From Fimicolochytrium jonesii (taxonomy: Eukaryota): a stretch of 64,000 bases of DNA. The stretch is from assembly GCF_025526975.1 (NCBI RefSeq), contig NW_026515678.1, positions 682,001 to 746,000 of the forward strand. The letters run 5' to 3'. The notes below the pieces were generated by a model, which was given only the letters and a program-made list of their open reading frames with translations, was not told the origin of the DNA and made no database searches. Both the position numbers and the translations under genes were made by a program. This document shows positions 47,888-61,994 of this stretch, piece after piece (within the stretch, counting starts at the first letter, position 1; every line of letters begins with the position of its first letter).

Positions 47888-49718
47888 CCATTTAGAATAG
47901 AGGGGAAGACGGGTGGAGGGAACGGAAGAGGTGGTGGTCTGGTGGATATATACGAAACGGCGTATTCGCCCGCTTTTTGGGAGTTGGATATGTGGAGTAG
48001 ATGGTTTTGCTCTTCAGATCTGGATTGGAGGCACGCCACACAACAGCAGCAAGAACGCTCCACAGTCCCGGGCCAAGTCATATTCCTCGTGCGGGAATGC
48101 GCCCATCGCACATCGGCATTTCGGAAACAAGGAAGGGTCGTCTCTCCGGGTCGGGTTCGGAGCTTCTCCCCATCGCAAAGGGGAGACGGTTTGGAAAGAT
48201 GTAGAGAATCGCAAAACATTCGCCCCGTCGATGGTTTTCGAGAACTGTCACCAAGAGGGCCCGTACGCGTCGCGCAAGTGTTGGTTTCTGGGTGGTTTGG
48301 TTGAAATCTACCGGTACGGTACGCAGGAGACATTGCGTTGCTGGCATGCCAGCGAACATATCACGCGGAACGAATTGTCATCGTCGACATGGAAGACTCG
48401 ATCGACGCTCCGTGGGGTTTTCCGAATAGGTTTCTCGCGTCGGTTTGCCATAGAGGCATATTCCGTGACGCAGGCGGGACTGATCAGAAAAGGAGACGCA
48501 TCCAGTACATCGATTCCTGGGATGGTTGTATTTCGGCACCGTGCAAAAGCACTTGCTTAATGCTGTTTCCGAGGCGATCGGAGGGAGTCTCGAGTGGTGT
48601 ATCTGCCTCCTAGAAGCGGAAGGAGGGCAGTGCCAGTAACTGCCAAATACACCAGGCTATACAGACAACATCAACCTAGGCGTTGAATGCCTGTAATCCA
48701 TTCCGACATTTCAAACAGCGGACTGTGCGCGCCGAATTCATGAAGGTCGCTGTGCAGCATGCTGCGACCTTACCTTTTCAACTCTGCATTCCCTCTCCAT
48801 CCGCCCATTTGCTTTCTTGTGACTTGATTGCTCAGCCAGGCAATGGTTCCTGTTTTCTCTCCATGTTCCTCTTCGCTTTCACCTGCACGCCACTCGGAGT
48901 ATCCGAGAACCCCATCCACACAACATGCCAACCCCGCGCGATGCCGTCGCTCCCTTTCCCACCATGCATGGACTTTCGCAACGATGTCGGTTTTTCCGCG
49001 CGAGGCCCAAGTTACTCCCCCCAGCCGTGGAAGAAGTATACACTGACCACCAGGAGGCAAAAAAGCTCGACGATGGATTCAACTAATGTACAGTCTTCAG
49101 TAGTGGCGACTGGGAAGGGGTGTTACCCCCAAGGCAGAAATGCCACATTGGCGCGTGTTTTTGCGAACACTTGCCTGGCTACGGTCAGCGAATGTGTAGA
49201 GGATCTAGTGCCGCCATAAGAAAATATACATTGTGCTCGTGTAATACATACTGTGCGCAAAAATATTCCTTCCATAAGGGAGTTTCCAATTGTTGTTGGC
49301 AGTAGGTGGCGCTTCATCTTGAAAGCCATCGAACGAGCGGGTTTGGTGTGAAGGCGGAGGTCATATTGACCCGCTTATGTAAACGCGTCTCCGCCCATTT
49401 TGCGTTTTTGTTGACGGGGAGCCCGATGTTTGCTCTGCTCGACGTAACAATCAACAAGCTACGTACCCAATAAAGCAACACCTTGACATAAAACTTGGGC
49501 TAATTTAAGGTTGGCAATGGAAGCGTCCTGAGTTTCTGCTATTGCAAAACGGCATTATATCGTATCCACACGTACCCATCACCCGACCAACAGGACATGT
49601 CCGGCGTGGCTTCCTTTCAAAATCCCTTACGTTCAGCGTTCAACTGTTTCCCACATCCTCCTCCTGCTCGCCTTTCAGAAACCTGCTTTCTCAACCTACA
49701 TCGCTCGAACGGCAGAGG

Positions 49719-51354
49719 ATGGTGCACACCGCGGGACGTTGGGCTGCACGCCCGGGGCTTCAACGCATTTGCTTGCTGTGGATTGGAATGGTGACTTTGC
49801 TCGCGGGCACGGCAAATGCGGAATTGGCAGGGCTCACCACGCTAGATGCCGATGCCGTCTTCAAGACGACTGCAGCTCGTAGGTCCCATTCATTCGCGGT
49901 GCGTATTTGGGGGGCCATTGCTAATTGGAGGGGAATGATTGTCCCAGCCATCAACTTTCTTGCATACTCAAGCTCTGCAATAATGTCGTACGGGGATGCT
50001 CAATATGCCACTTGGTATGGGAACAATGGCAACGGCACGTACCAGGTATGTGCGTGGTGGGGTTCACATCCATGAAGGCACATCCGAATCAGTTTTACTC
50101 ATACATGTATATCAAAATCCAACCATCTAGGGCATGATTGCCAGGCGAAGGCTGCATCCCGTGGGCAACTGGGAGATCACTACTCTGCCATTCAGCATAA
50201 CTTCGTCCGGTTTCGCCGACTCCCGAAACAGTCTCTCGATGGGAATCTCCCCCGGCGATGGCCGGATCCATATCACGTGGAATTTGCACGACTCGAAGTT
50301 GTATTACCTTGCGAGTGAGCAAAATATGGTCAATCCGGTGGGAATAGCACGGTCCTGGACCTCAAGCAGGTTCAACAGCCCCCGCAACGACCTCTTAGGT
50401 TTGGTCATCGAGAACAACATTGCCTATTCATACTTTGTGGCCAGCCCAGTTGGCAACCTTCAAATGTTCTACCGCGTCGGTAGTTCTGTGAACGGCACGC
50501 TGAATTTGGCCGAGTTCAACGGCAGCGTGCCGACCAATACCAGTTGGACCAGACTCGGCCAGATCGCATCAAGCACCTATGGCACCTACACAACGCCAAG
50601 TGGCAAAACGAGCGGCCCAACCGATACCAGGGCCTTCTTCATGCACGGGGCCACATATTCCACCACGAACGGCAAACTGCACATCTACGGGACTTGGCGG
50701 GAGGGGAACAGCAGCTTGCAGTGTTCTAACACCGGTGTGGCAAACCACGACACCGTCTACGTGAACTCGGCCGACTACGGGAGAACATTCAGAGCTGCCA
50801 GCGGGTTACTGATATCCACTACTGGGCAGACCACGGGCACGCTTACGGTGGACGATGCGAGTACGATCATTGATACCTTGGGCCCCGATTACGGGCTTAC
50901 GAACCAAGAGTCGCAGGTCGTGGACAGCAAGGGGGCGCCTTTCGTGTTGATCTCGTACGTTCCCGGCCGGTTCACCTCCTGCGTGACCGATTTCGTAGCA
51001 AATCGAACCTCCTACGCTCGTAACTTCCTCATCCGGAAAGTCGGAACCAACGCGTTCAACAAAACGGAGATCCCGTTCGCCCTGAACTCCTCGATGCGCT
51101 CCCAGCTGGTCCTCGACAAGAGCGATAACGCGTATGTTGTGAGGCCGGATTTCAAGATCCTGCGCGCCACGGCCGCGTCGCTGTATAGCGATTGGACCGT
51201 CCTGTTCAACTTCGCAGACGTTTCCGTATACCCGTTCAGCGAGCCTACGATCGATAAATCACGAGCGGCTTCCGACCAGATCCTTTCCATTCTATTCCAG
51301 ACCCCGAACGGAATCCAGGTGGCGGATGTCGCCATGAAGCCTAAGGAAGTTTAG
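49719..51354 (+). CDS. Secreted BNR_4-type beta-propeller protein (PL42 lyase-like family)
   Basis: Signal peptide; INFLAYSSSAIMSYGDAQYATWY; DSRNSLSMGISPGDGRIHITWNLH; Asp-box SADYGRTF; GLTNQESQVVD; introns 49879-49947 and ~50046-50130. Confidence 0.75.
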
Positions 51355-51584
51355 CGATAGGGATGTTTCTGCTTATACCCCGGTTTTCCTTTTCTTCTTC
51401 TGTTATTTCTTTTTTGCAGAGTTTAGTTTAGACATTTAGCACATCACGGTTAGCTCTCGGTTTGGCCCTCGTTTTGCGTGGTAAACATGCTAAGCAAACC
51501 CTTACATCGGGCCCCGTTCAATTCTTAACTCAGCCACCCATAGGTGTTTGTTAAACAGACACTCTCATAACCTTTTGTGTTCCG

Positions 51585-54167
51585 ATGGACCCATTCCCGC
51601 TGCAGCCGTTCGCAAAGGGCAACGGAAGCTGGTATGTTCAACATAACGCGTCAAGGGAAAGGCCAGTGCTTATGCCAACGCGTTCAACAGCAGAGGACGC
51701 AACTGGACCCAACGCGAAACTCCCACGTTCGAACTCAGACACAGCCGTATGCCAAAATGCACGCCCCAACCCCTCACTCTCCCATATGGTGTCGAGCGGA
51801 GTGGCAACAGGCGGTCAGGGGCAGCGGACCGTAGTGCCGCGGGAAAGAGCGGCGGAGCAGGTCGCGCGGACGAGGGGTAGGTCCATGAGTGCCGGGCGGG
51901 GGCGCAAGAGAGCTGTGTGCCGGCGAGAGCGTGCCTCACAACCCATTACCGTCTCCATCTCCAGCACCCCTTCCCGCCCCACCGTACGCGCACCCACACC
52001 CGCAGATGCACAGCCGACGACGCTGCACATCCCCTCCCCCGCCGGCCTCCTCACTCTCCCCGTCCACCGCAACCTTTGGCACCTGCACCTAACCATCCAC
52101 CCGCTCACTGCGCACCATCTCACCGCACTGTCAAACTTCACGGCTCTGGGATTACTCAACCTGTCGTATACGGATGTGGATTTCGGGATGTTGCAAAACT
52201 CGTTGCGGGGGGTGGTGGTGTTCCGGCTGTGGGTTGTCGGTTGCGGGAGGCTTGTTGGTGGCGAGCGGACGGCGGTTCGCGGGGCCGAAGGCGGTACGGA
52301 TGTTGGCGGTGAACCCGACATCGCCCAAGCCGACCGTCGCGGATTCCTCCTCACATCCCTCCCGCGCATCTGGTCGCTGGACGGCGTCGTCGTCACATGG
52401 CGTGAGCGGCGGCTGTGGGGCGCCTTAGCTGAGAGCTGTGGATATGCTATCGCTCGAGGTGTCAAGGCGGGTGTGAGGTCCGCGGCTCAGGGCGTGGGGC
52501 TCGCCGTACGCAGCCGGTTTGTGGATCTTGTGCGGAAGGAGTTTGTGCCGTTAGAAAGGGGATGGCATGCAAAGGAGAACGACGACCGCGTGGACCCGGT
52601 GTTGTCGGCATCCCAGCAGGCAAGAATCACTTCGCCAACGGCGCATACCCTCCTCGCCACCCATCCGCACAACTTTACGATGGGTGTCGAGGAAGATCTT
52701 GCCCGGTTACGTGTGCTATGCAAGGATGTGGAACTTTCCTTACATCAGTCGGGACTGGATGTGGACGGGCTTGTGACGGAGGTGGTATTGGGTGGTGATG
52801 ATTTGGGGAAGATCAAAGAGGGAAGAGGGGGGACATGGATAAACACGCCGGGGATCACCACACGGACAACGTTACTGCTGCTTCTCCTCGCATCCTTCTT
52901 CCCGAAAGCTTTTTTGAACGTCCAGTCCACGTTCGAGACTCTTTTCGGTGCCGGTTCAGATCATGCAGCCGGCTACGAGGATGACGGTGCCGGGGTTGAA
53001 GATAGAGAAGGGACGGAACGCCACTGGACAACCACTCTCGCAAGTCCCATAACTTGGTGTGTGCGCGACCGGCTCGCCTTGCTGGGTCTCCTTGTTGCAA
53101 GGGGGTGGATAGATCACGAGAGTGGTAGGTATCTGTTTCCCTAGTTTCTCGTCGATTTTTTCTCACCTGCACTTCATCCTTTTAAACCACCAGAAACATC
53201 CAAAAACCCGCATACCCCCCTCCTCCCGGCGAACAGCCTGCACGCCATTACCCGCTTCTCGCAAGTTGTGCTCGCTTCCACTCTAGCTCACACTGAGGCT
53301 GGCGCTGCACCAGTCACGTCGACGTCGATGGGTGCTCGGCCAGCTTCCGCAGGTAGAGGCGCGTCGGCACATAGGGGCCACGCAGTCAAATCTGTATCAC
53401 ATCCCCGGGCGTCTACACGCACCGAACCAAAATCAACGGACACACCCAAACCAACCACGCTCTACATCCCACAGCTGCGGATATACACCCACCGCCGCGC
53501 TCTGGCACGCCTCCAGCTGGACATTTTACAGTTATGCTGCCTGGATGAGCGGAACGATCCTTCACATAGTCGCAACTCCCAGGACGCCAATGAGAATGAC
53601 GGAGGGGTCGGTGATACGAGCATCGCAACGTCATCAGCGACGACAACGAGTGCCCGCGCCGCCGATTTTCTGACGCGGGTGTTGGGACCCCTCAGCGTGG
53701 TCTTGGAGCGGTCCGCCGGCGTGCTCCTCGCACCCGCCCGACCCACGAAGCGAGGGAATGCGGGGCAGGCGAAGGCCCACATCCAGCAGAAGGTGCCAGG
53801 CGGACAAGTTGATCGCGCCGGATTGGAGGTCGGCGGAACCGCAACCACGCACCCGAATCTGCAGCCCACCCCGCCCACCTCCCTCAATCGGCCGCCCAAT
53901 GCCACCTCATCCGAGACGCTGCGGAATCAGATAACCAGCTTTGCATCCGAATGCGCACTCGCGTCCACCGCCGTCGCCGCGGGTCTCACCGCCGACTCAC
54001 GACACGCGCACGCGGACCTGTCCACGACGGCGCTGGCGCTGCAGATGAAGTTTCGCCTGTGCTGTTTGTGTCAGCGGGTGTTGGATGGCGGTGGTGTGGA
54101 CGGGGATGATAGCGATGATGAGGGCGGCGATGGTGCGGGGTGCGGTGGTGATGACGGAGACATTTGA
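51585..54167 (+). CDS. Hypothetical protein with short LRR and LRRcap-like motif (spliced; 3' end uncertain)
   Basis: LSNFTALGLLNLSYT; RRGFLLTSLPRIWSLDGVVVTWRERR; two long same-strand ORFs separated by an intron-like gap. Confidence 0.55.
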
Positions 54168-55374
54168 ATGGGTCAAGATGATATGTTTGGTTTGCCCACA
54201 CGAGCCATTACGCCATCTTGTGGAAAGTGGATATGGTAGGCGTTGTGGTTGTGTAAGTAGGATGTAGGGAATCGGGGAGGACTCGGTGAACAGAAAGGGA
54301 ATGAACGTGCGACGCTTCCCCGTTTCCCTCCTCCCGTATCTCTCGTTTGCTCATGAGCGGCGACCCTTTCCATATGTACGTCAGCAGCCGCCCAATTTCG
54401 ACAGCGCGGATCATGTCAATTCCGGGGGTAAAGACGGCATCTTTTGTCGTGCAGATCGGGTTTTGAGCCCTCTCGAAATACGTCTCCAAATGTATGGGCA
54501 CTGGGACTTTTTGGCAGCTATCGTCGGAAAGGGTGCGCTATCCCATCGTCTGTAGATGTATTGTATTCAGGACACAGTTACGAAGGAAAAAGTCAGCCTT
54601 CTGTAGCAAGACACTTTACAGCGTAGCATGACATGTGAGGGGTGTTCTCCAGTTTGGGCATGGAATGATCCGCGCGCGCGTCGCCCAACCAGATTCACCA
54701 CGGAGGCCTCCATTCCCTCTGACAGTCTGTGACCGAACAAGAAGGATGATGTCAACGTGACGTCAGCGGCTTCCAATTCAGGAGAAACGCGCAACATACA
54801 CCACGGAGAGAGACTTAATAGTGACCTGCATCCAAGGCTCATCCGCGTGGGACTTCATAACAGTCCGATGAGGGCTAAGCCTCAACGAAGGGTCATAACA
54901 TGCAGTAGGTGGCCATGGCTCGAGAGTCGAGATCGAGAGAACGGAAGGAAGGAGAAGGGAGAATGACCGCAAACTGACGCCGCCATTCCGTCACATCCTG
55001 CCATCGCACTACTACTGAGACAGACCCCTGGAAGTATGCATGTACTTCCCACCCAGCCACCCCACCCACTGAGTGATGATATTAGGGTTACGGTACGTCG
55101 TCGTTTTGCTGTGTACTATTTCGATGTGACTTTTTTTGTCATCCACCCTGCGCAATAATAACAATATCGCCGAGAATCCCAATCCCTCCTCCCACTTCCC
55201 TTCCTTCCCCTTCCCCTTCCGGTGGGTGTGGTGGTGGTCCTTTCCATTCGGTGTGCGGCTTAGCAGCTGGGGGGTTTGGTTACTCCCACTTGCCCCCTGT
55301 CGAATATCATCCTTTCTCGCTGCAAAATATTTATAAACGCAGCACATGCGCACGGGGCTTGGCTGCCGACAAAG

Positions 55375-55398
55375 AGAGTGAGAGAGAGAGAGAGAGAG
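55375..55398. repeat. (GA)n microsatellite
   Basis: gagagtgagagagagagagagaga. Confidence 0.8.
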
Positions 55399-56225
55399 TG
55401 ACAGGAAAAAGAGCCAACTGATCAGCAGCAGCAGCGGGGCCCCCTCCGTCCGCATATTCACACGTACCACTGGCAACAGTCGTGTTCCGCAGCCCTCCCT
55501 CCCGTCATCGGAGGCTCATCCCATTTCCACTAAGAAAGGCTCAGAGGGCGGCGGGAGATCTCGTTTCTCGTCCTCCCATTCATTCAGTCAACGCGTGAGT
55601 GGCATGGAGAATACTTGTTTTCCGTCCGTCTTCGAAGCCCCCCAAGCCCATCCCAATGGATATCTAGATACCTATTCATCTCACCAAATAATCCCACCCC
55701 TTTTTTCCCAACTGCCCACAACGCCTTTGATCACTGTCAAAATAGCGCACGCTGTATACGCATCATCCCCTCCGCACTGCCACACGGAAGACTCGATATT
55801 ACTATATTCTGAACAGACTGCATCGTTTTAGGGGACGGATGTCGCTTCGTTTCCCTGCTTCCTCTCGTCCTTTCGCCTCTTCCAAATCGCTTTTTTTTCG
55901 GACGGATCTTTGCGACATCGAGACATTTTGAAATACCTCTTTCTCCCACGGGATCTCGACGGAAAGGAAGTGTCGGCCGCCATCACCCCCTCTCGCCTTG
56001 CTGCGATCCCTTACGTCGTAGTCGCCATCTCTCGCTCGTTTCGCCGTCGTCGCCGGGCGGTCCTGGGAAAGCAAAAGGCACAGATCTCGCACTGTCGTTG
56101 GAAGTTTCCGTACATCTCGTCGGGTGTCCGTTGGGGAAGGAGGCAGCAACGTTTGACATTCCGAAAAGGTAAAGTGCCCAGTATTCATCCCACCCCTCGT
56201 GTCGCTGCCGTCCGCATTGATCTAC

Positions 56226-59057
56226 ATGCAATCGACGCTTACTGTGCTGCCGTCTCGTCCGGGTTCATCTCCCAGATCAATCGACACCTTACCGCGCACC
56301 CCAACATCCACCCAAATGCCTTCAGCAACAGTAATGCCCCCACCACCCCCCCTCCCCGCCTACACCTCCTCTCCCTCCTACACCCCCTCCAACCACACAA
56401 ATCAACCACCTATCGCAGCCGCCGCCTCAACATCCCACGAATCCCAGAATCATCGATCAATTATCCTCGACCATCGCCATATGAGTCATACGAACGAAAT
56501 GGGGTCGATGTCACCTGGGAAGATTCCGAATCAAAAAGGTGTTAATGCGGCGGGAAAGAGAGGACATGGGGAGATGGTTGGGGATCGCGGCGCGAATGGA
56601 AATGCGAACGCACCACCACCTCCGTCGACAACACCTGCGTTAACGTTAACGTCCACATCGACGTCACAGAAGCTGTACCAACTCCCGTCGTTGTCCTATA
56701 TGCTCAACGGGTTGAATTCTGAGGGTGGGGATAGGGAACGGACGCCGGGCGTGGACAGACGGCCAAGAACGCCTGCCAATGTGAATGGCCACGGCGATGC
56801 GGGAGACGCGGGACGGTCATCGAGCGCCACAGCTGCCAACGGCTCGCGGTACGGTCACGACAACGGGGTGGGAAATACCAACGGGACCGCAAACGGGGCA
56901 GCGGGGCCGATACCGATACCGATACCGATGCCGAGTTCATCAACATCATCGACGTCATCCTACCCGTACTCATCCGCACCGACGAATACCATTTCGGCAA
57001 CACATCCGCCGCGGGCTTATCAACCCATCGCGTACCCGCAACCCCTACCCGCCCCCCAACAACGAAGATCGCCGTCGGTGCCCACGTTGACGTTGCCGAG
57101 TTCTGTGGCGGCGGCTGTTACGACTGTTCCAGGGAATGTTGGGTACGCGCGGGATCCGTTCTTCGCGACTTCGTCCGCGGGTGGGAATACGATGGCGGCG
57201 ACGTCCGTGGTCCCAACACCGGCGTTGAATGGCGCTTCGATCGGTACCGAGTTTCGGCGGTTTTCGGCCGACGACACCCGCGCACGCCTGTTCGACCCAG
57301 CGAACCTCAACCCGAATCATGTTCCGACCACTGCGGGTATGGGAGACGAGACGGAGGCGTACCGCCGGATCCTTCCCCCACCCACCTTCCATCAACAGCA
57401 AATTCAGCAACAGACCCAGCAGGCCAATCTCGGCAACCACCCCATTTATGCGAACGCGAATGGGCTGCAGCAACGGTCGGCGTCGGTTGGGGGGCATGTC
57501 GCGCAGATGCAGGTCGACGGCGGGCAGGGGAGGGGTGCGGGTCAGGGACAAGGATACTCTGCACCACAACAACCGCAACACCAGCTCAATGCGCTGAATG
57601 CATATAACCCTCACCAACCGCCGCAATCCGCAGAATACGACCCCCGCCGACGGGATGCTCCCCTCCAACAACAACCACAACAGCGGTACACCAACGGCGA
57701 ATATGATCCCACCCGCCCGCCGACGCGCATCCCTGTGTCGGTCGCCGCGGGACATGTCCAGGGCGGCCAGGAATATGAGATGCAGAGACGACGGTCGGAC
57801 GCGTATGCAAACGCGTTTCAGCAACAACCGCAAGCACAGCAGTTCCAACAACAACAACAACAACAGCACTTTGTCTACCCCCAGCAACAACAACATCAGT
57901 ACGGTCATTACGGCGTGGCGTATCAGAATGAGCAGGGGGCGTATCACCCGCACCAGCAGCAACCTCAACAGGGGTACAATCCACACTACCTCTACCCACC
58001 GCAACACAGCCAAGACCCCCACCAACAACAACCCCGCACAGCCCGCAGCGACAGCCACGTCTCCGTCGTCGTCTCCGATCCCATTTCCCCCGCCGCCGTC
58101 ACGTCCAAAGAGGATTCCTCCTACCCCCCGGTCCCTTCCGGACCCGTCTACGGCCGATACCCACCACCACCACCACCACCACCACAGCAGCAGCAGCAGT
58201 ATGGGTATGATATGCAGGCGCATCATCAGATGCAGGGCGGGTTGTTGGATGTTCCGAGGTATCAGGGGTATCAGCATTCACAGCAGCCGACACCGCATTC
58301 GTCGAGCGCGGAGGACGAGAGCGGGAGGGTGGGGCGGGGAGGCACGTTCCCGCGGCCGCCCCCGATCATCACCACCCATTCCACTCCCCCCGCCCCATCC
58401 TTAAGCACCGCCGGGCGGTCCCCTTACTCCGCCACCTCCACCTCCAGCACCGTCGACAGCCACACCCCGAACCCCAACTCCTTCTCCTCCACAACAACAA
58501 CAAAACCCCCAAAACCACCCCGCCTCTACACCTGCCCCTCCCCGCACTGCCCCAAAACCTTCACCCGCCGCTACAACCTCCAGTCCCACATGCGCTGCCA
58601 TTCCGGCGAACGCCCGTTCGTCTGCAAGTACTGCGCGACCACGTTCAGCCGGAAACACGACCTCCGCCGCCACTGCCGGAGCCTGCACACCGAGGAACGG
58701 CCCCACGCGTGTGGGTTCTGCGAGCTGAGATTCGCACGGAGTGTGAGTATCCCGTCTATTTTCGTTCATGCATCGCTTGTGCGGTTTGTGTTTGTGTGCG
58801 GATATGCTGATTAACGCATCGCCGGATTTGTGATATGATAGGACGCGTTGAAACGACACCTCGTCACCGAATCCCGCCGCGCTTCCACGACGCACCCGCC
58901 CTACCCCCCCGCGGCGTCCACCACCACCGCCCCGCGCGCGCGTCCCTCGTCCGCCACGCATTCGGAGGGACGGTCGCGGACGGCGAGCGCCGGGTCGATG
59001 ACGGATGGCGACGGGGAGGGGGAGGACGACGGCGGGGGGAGTGATGCTTCGCGGTGA
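56226..59057 (+). CDS. C2H2 zinc-finger transcription factor (three fingers, Q/P-rich N-terminus)
   Basis: YTCPSPHCPKTFTRRYNLQSHMRCHSGERPFVCKYC...HTEERPHACGFC..FARS|DALKRHL; intron 58743-58841; start uncertain. Confidence 0.92.
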
Positions 59058-59380
59058 CAAAAAAATTCAACAGACGTAGCATGGGGAGCCGACTGCACTG
59101 CACTTGCGTGTCCCGTTTTTGGAAACGAGGGGGGGGGAACGTTTTGGATGCATGTACAGTATCCGCCCCTTTTTCGGGGCGACGGATCGGAGTAGTTGTA
59201 TATGCTGCATTATAATCATGACGGCCTGCGCTGTCCATACCCCGGCGCAGATCCGATCATCGGAATAAACATGTTGACGCGTGCTGACTGCGCTTATGTT
59301 TGCCGGCAGCAGATTTAGAGCTGTGGAAGCCTTGAGAGGGTGTGCTATCTAGTTTCTGCGATCTGCGTTGCTGTGGGTGG

Positions 59381-59804
59381 AAGGCGTGCTCCGCCAAGTC
59401 AGCATCAAGCATCCCTGTGGTAGCAACAGCCCAAATCCGCTCATCGGGGCCGCGGCGACTCCCACCACCCCGAGCGCCGTCACCGCCCATGCGATGCTAT
59501 GCGGGATCTTGACAGGCCTCTTGGAAAGGTCACCCACGTCCTTGACATAGAGTTACATCAAATTTACAGCTATAAAAGCCGATACAGGATATTCTATTTT
59601 TCTATTCACTTTTCCTATCTGCATTGCTGCGGGGAAAAGGCGTGCTCCTCCAAGTCAGCATCCAATACCCTTGCGGTATCAACAGCTGGAACCTGCTCAT
59701 CGGGCTGCGGTGACTCCTCCCACCCCCACCGCCGTCACCGCCCACGCGATGCTATGGGGATCTTGACGCGCTGCTCGGAAAGGTCGCCCACGTCCTTGAC
59801 ATAG
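59381..59804. repeat. Imperfect tandem duplication of ~170 bp (59381-59550 and 59637-59804)
   Basis: AAGGCGTGCTCC..CCAAGTCAGCATC...CCCACGTCCTTGACATAG in both copies. Confidence 0.9.
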
Positions 59805-60060
59805 ACCTGCAAAGCCTGTCCGACTAACGCAAACGCCACGCCCGTGACCGTAAACCAGAACCCGTTGCTCTGCGCGAATAGCGACGCGGTCGGCGCCGTG
59901 AGGACCGCGGACAGGTTGATGTACCCCGAACGCACGAGGGTGAGGAGCGGGCGGCGTAGCGCGGGGACGAAGAGGGGCAGGAAGGTGTGGGTCAGGCCGG
60001 GGGTGAAGAACGAGTGAACTTGATGGACCGGAAAGGGGGCGCGGACTTGATGGAGATGTT
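59630..60060 (-). pseudogene. DUF6463-like small membrane protein, frameshifted
   Basis: GLTHTFL..LVRSGYINL..GFWFTVTGVAFALVG..KIP(H)SIAWAVTAVGVGG; two single-base deletions relative to the neighbouring duplicate; boundaries approximate. Confidence 0.5.
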
Positions 60061-60829
60061 GGTTGGGCGTTGGGGTGGGACGGGTGATGTTGATAATCAG
60101 GCCGCGGCTGCGATTGCACACCAAAGTGGGGTTGAGTGTTCTTTCTCAAAGAAAGAGGAGCGAGCGGGTTGCGTGTATTCATAGGGTTATAGTGGGGTGA
60201 CCGGGTGGGCCAGTTAAATACACGTTGAAACGCATGCTCGGAACGCTGAGGCGGTTAGTTGTTGCTACGTACTATACGTAGCAGGCGCTCCTCCGAAGTA
60301 CGTACACCGAAGCATCCGCTGCATGCAGGTATGGCAACGGGGGCATTGATGATGTTCCTTACTTACTTTTACCTGGAGATCTCAAGTATAATGTCAAGAG
60401 GCCTAGCGAATTGGGATGATGCGTCTGGCGGAAACCGGAAGCGGAGGCCGAAGCTCCGGTCGGAGGATGCTTGGAGTCAATTACGCGTCTGGACTGGACG
60501 CGTTGTGGCAGGCGCGAGAACACATCTCGTCGGAGGGTGTCGGAGGAGCCAACATGAACGTTCCATCAAAGGAAGCTTTGCTTGATCGATATCAATGGGT
60601 CCTTCCGAGAGGACTGCTGGAGATACGATGTATTTTTTCCTTCCTTCGTTATTCGGAAATTCTTTGTTTTCTTTGTTTCCTTTCCCTTAGTTGACAACGG
60701 ACATTCGCTCCCGCCCCACTGTAAAAGGTTTGTGCGTCATCGGTGCCCTCCCTACTCACCGTATTCCCTCCTATAACACACTCCCAAATTACACCAACAC
60801 AAAAATCCGTCTTCATTAGATCTGCAGCA

Positions 60830-61909
60830 ATGATGAGTCCTATCAAGAATGTCATGTTGATTGGCGTGAGTGCTTTGAATTGTTGGCATCCTTACTTTTG
60901 CACCCCCAGAAAAACGAAACTCACACATATTTCTTATGTTTTCAGGCGGGAGGTAACCTCGGTCCCTCGATCCTCCAAGCCCTCCTCGACGCTCACTTCA
61001 CAGTCTCCATTCTCGCCCGGGAAAGCTCCCAATCCACCTTTCCACCCACGGTCACCGTTCACCGCACCGACTATTCCTACGCCTCGCTTCTCGCCGTTTT
61101 CCAAGGCCAAGATGCCGTTGTATCGGCTCTTGGAAGCAGTGCACTGGAACACCAAAACGTGATCGTCGATGCCGCTGTCGGCGCGGGCGTCAAGAGGTTC
61201 ATCCCCTCAGAGTTTGGATGTAACACGGTAAACAGGAAGGGCGCCGCCATCGTCCCGTTCTTTCAGGCAAAAGTCGATCAAGTGGAGTACTTGAAAAGGA
61301 TGGCGGCTGCCCATCCTTCCTTTACCTGGAGTTCGGTGATCACGGGCGGATTTTTTGATTGGGTGAGCGAGGTTTTGCCCGCCCACATGCCCTTGACCGC
61401 ACTCCCTCCAAAAGAGTGTACTGATGAAATCTCCTTGATGTATCATTTTCATGCAGAGTCTGAAAACAGGGTTCAGCGGGTACGATCTGAACAGGATGAC
61501 GGCGACAATCTACGACGACGGCACCAGGCGCACGTCCACCAGCACTCTCAAAACCATCGGACTCGCCGTAGCGCGCACATTGCTCCACCCCGCCGAGACA
61601 GCAAACACATACCTGTACATCCAGTCGTTTGCCGTTTCGCAAAACGAGGTCCTTGCTGCGTTGGAAGCGGTCAAAGGCGTGGCATTTGCCGTGACACATC
61701 GCACGACGGAGGCGGCGCGCATGGAAGGGGCGCAGAAATTGGCCGCCGGGGATATCATGGCCGGGTATCTTGATCTGATCATGGCTGCGGTGTGCAGCCC
61801 TGGCACGGGGAATGATTTTGAGCAGGAGGTGGAAGGCGGCACGACCAATTCAATGCTCGGACTCCCAAAAGAAACGCTTGAAGAGGCCATCAAAGAGGCG
61901 TTGGCGTAG
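60830..61909 (+). CDS. NmrA-like / isoflavone-reductase-family NAD(P)-binding protein
   Basis: NVMLIG|AGGNLG Rossmann motif, GQDAVVSALG, GVKRFIPSEFG, TGGFFDW; two introns. Confidence 0.9.
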
Positions 61910-61994
61910 GGAACGACTACGTACGTGCTTTGGAATGTTAGCTAGATCTGGGGATGGTGTGCTTTGAGTATCTTCGACGTTAAATCTACATACG

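Noticed and set aside
47900..49400. ORFs of 180-260 aa on both strands
   Set aside because: No motifs recognised; cannot be supported as genes
57045..58404. Long ORFs overlapping the zinc-finger gene (410 aa minus, 268 aa plus)
   Set aside because: Shadows of CAG/CAA-rich low-complexity coding sequence
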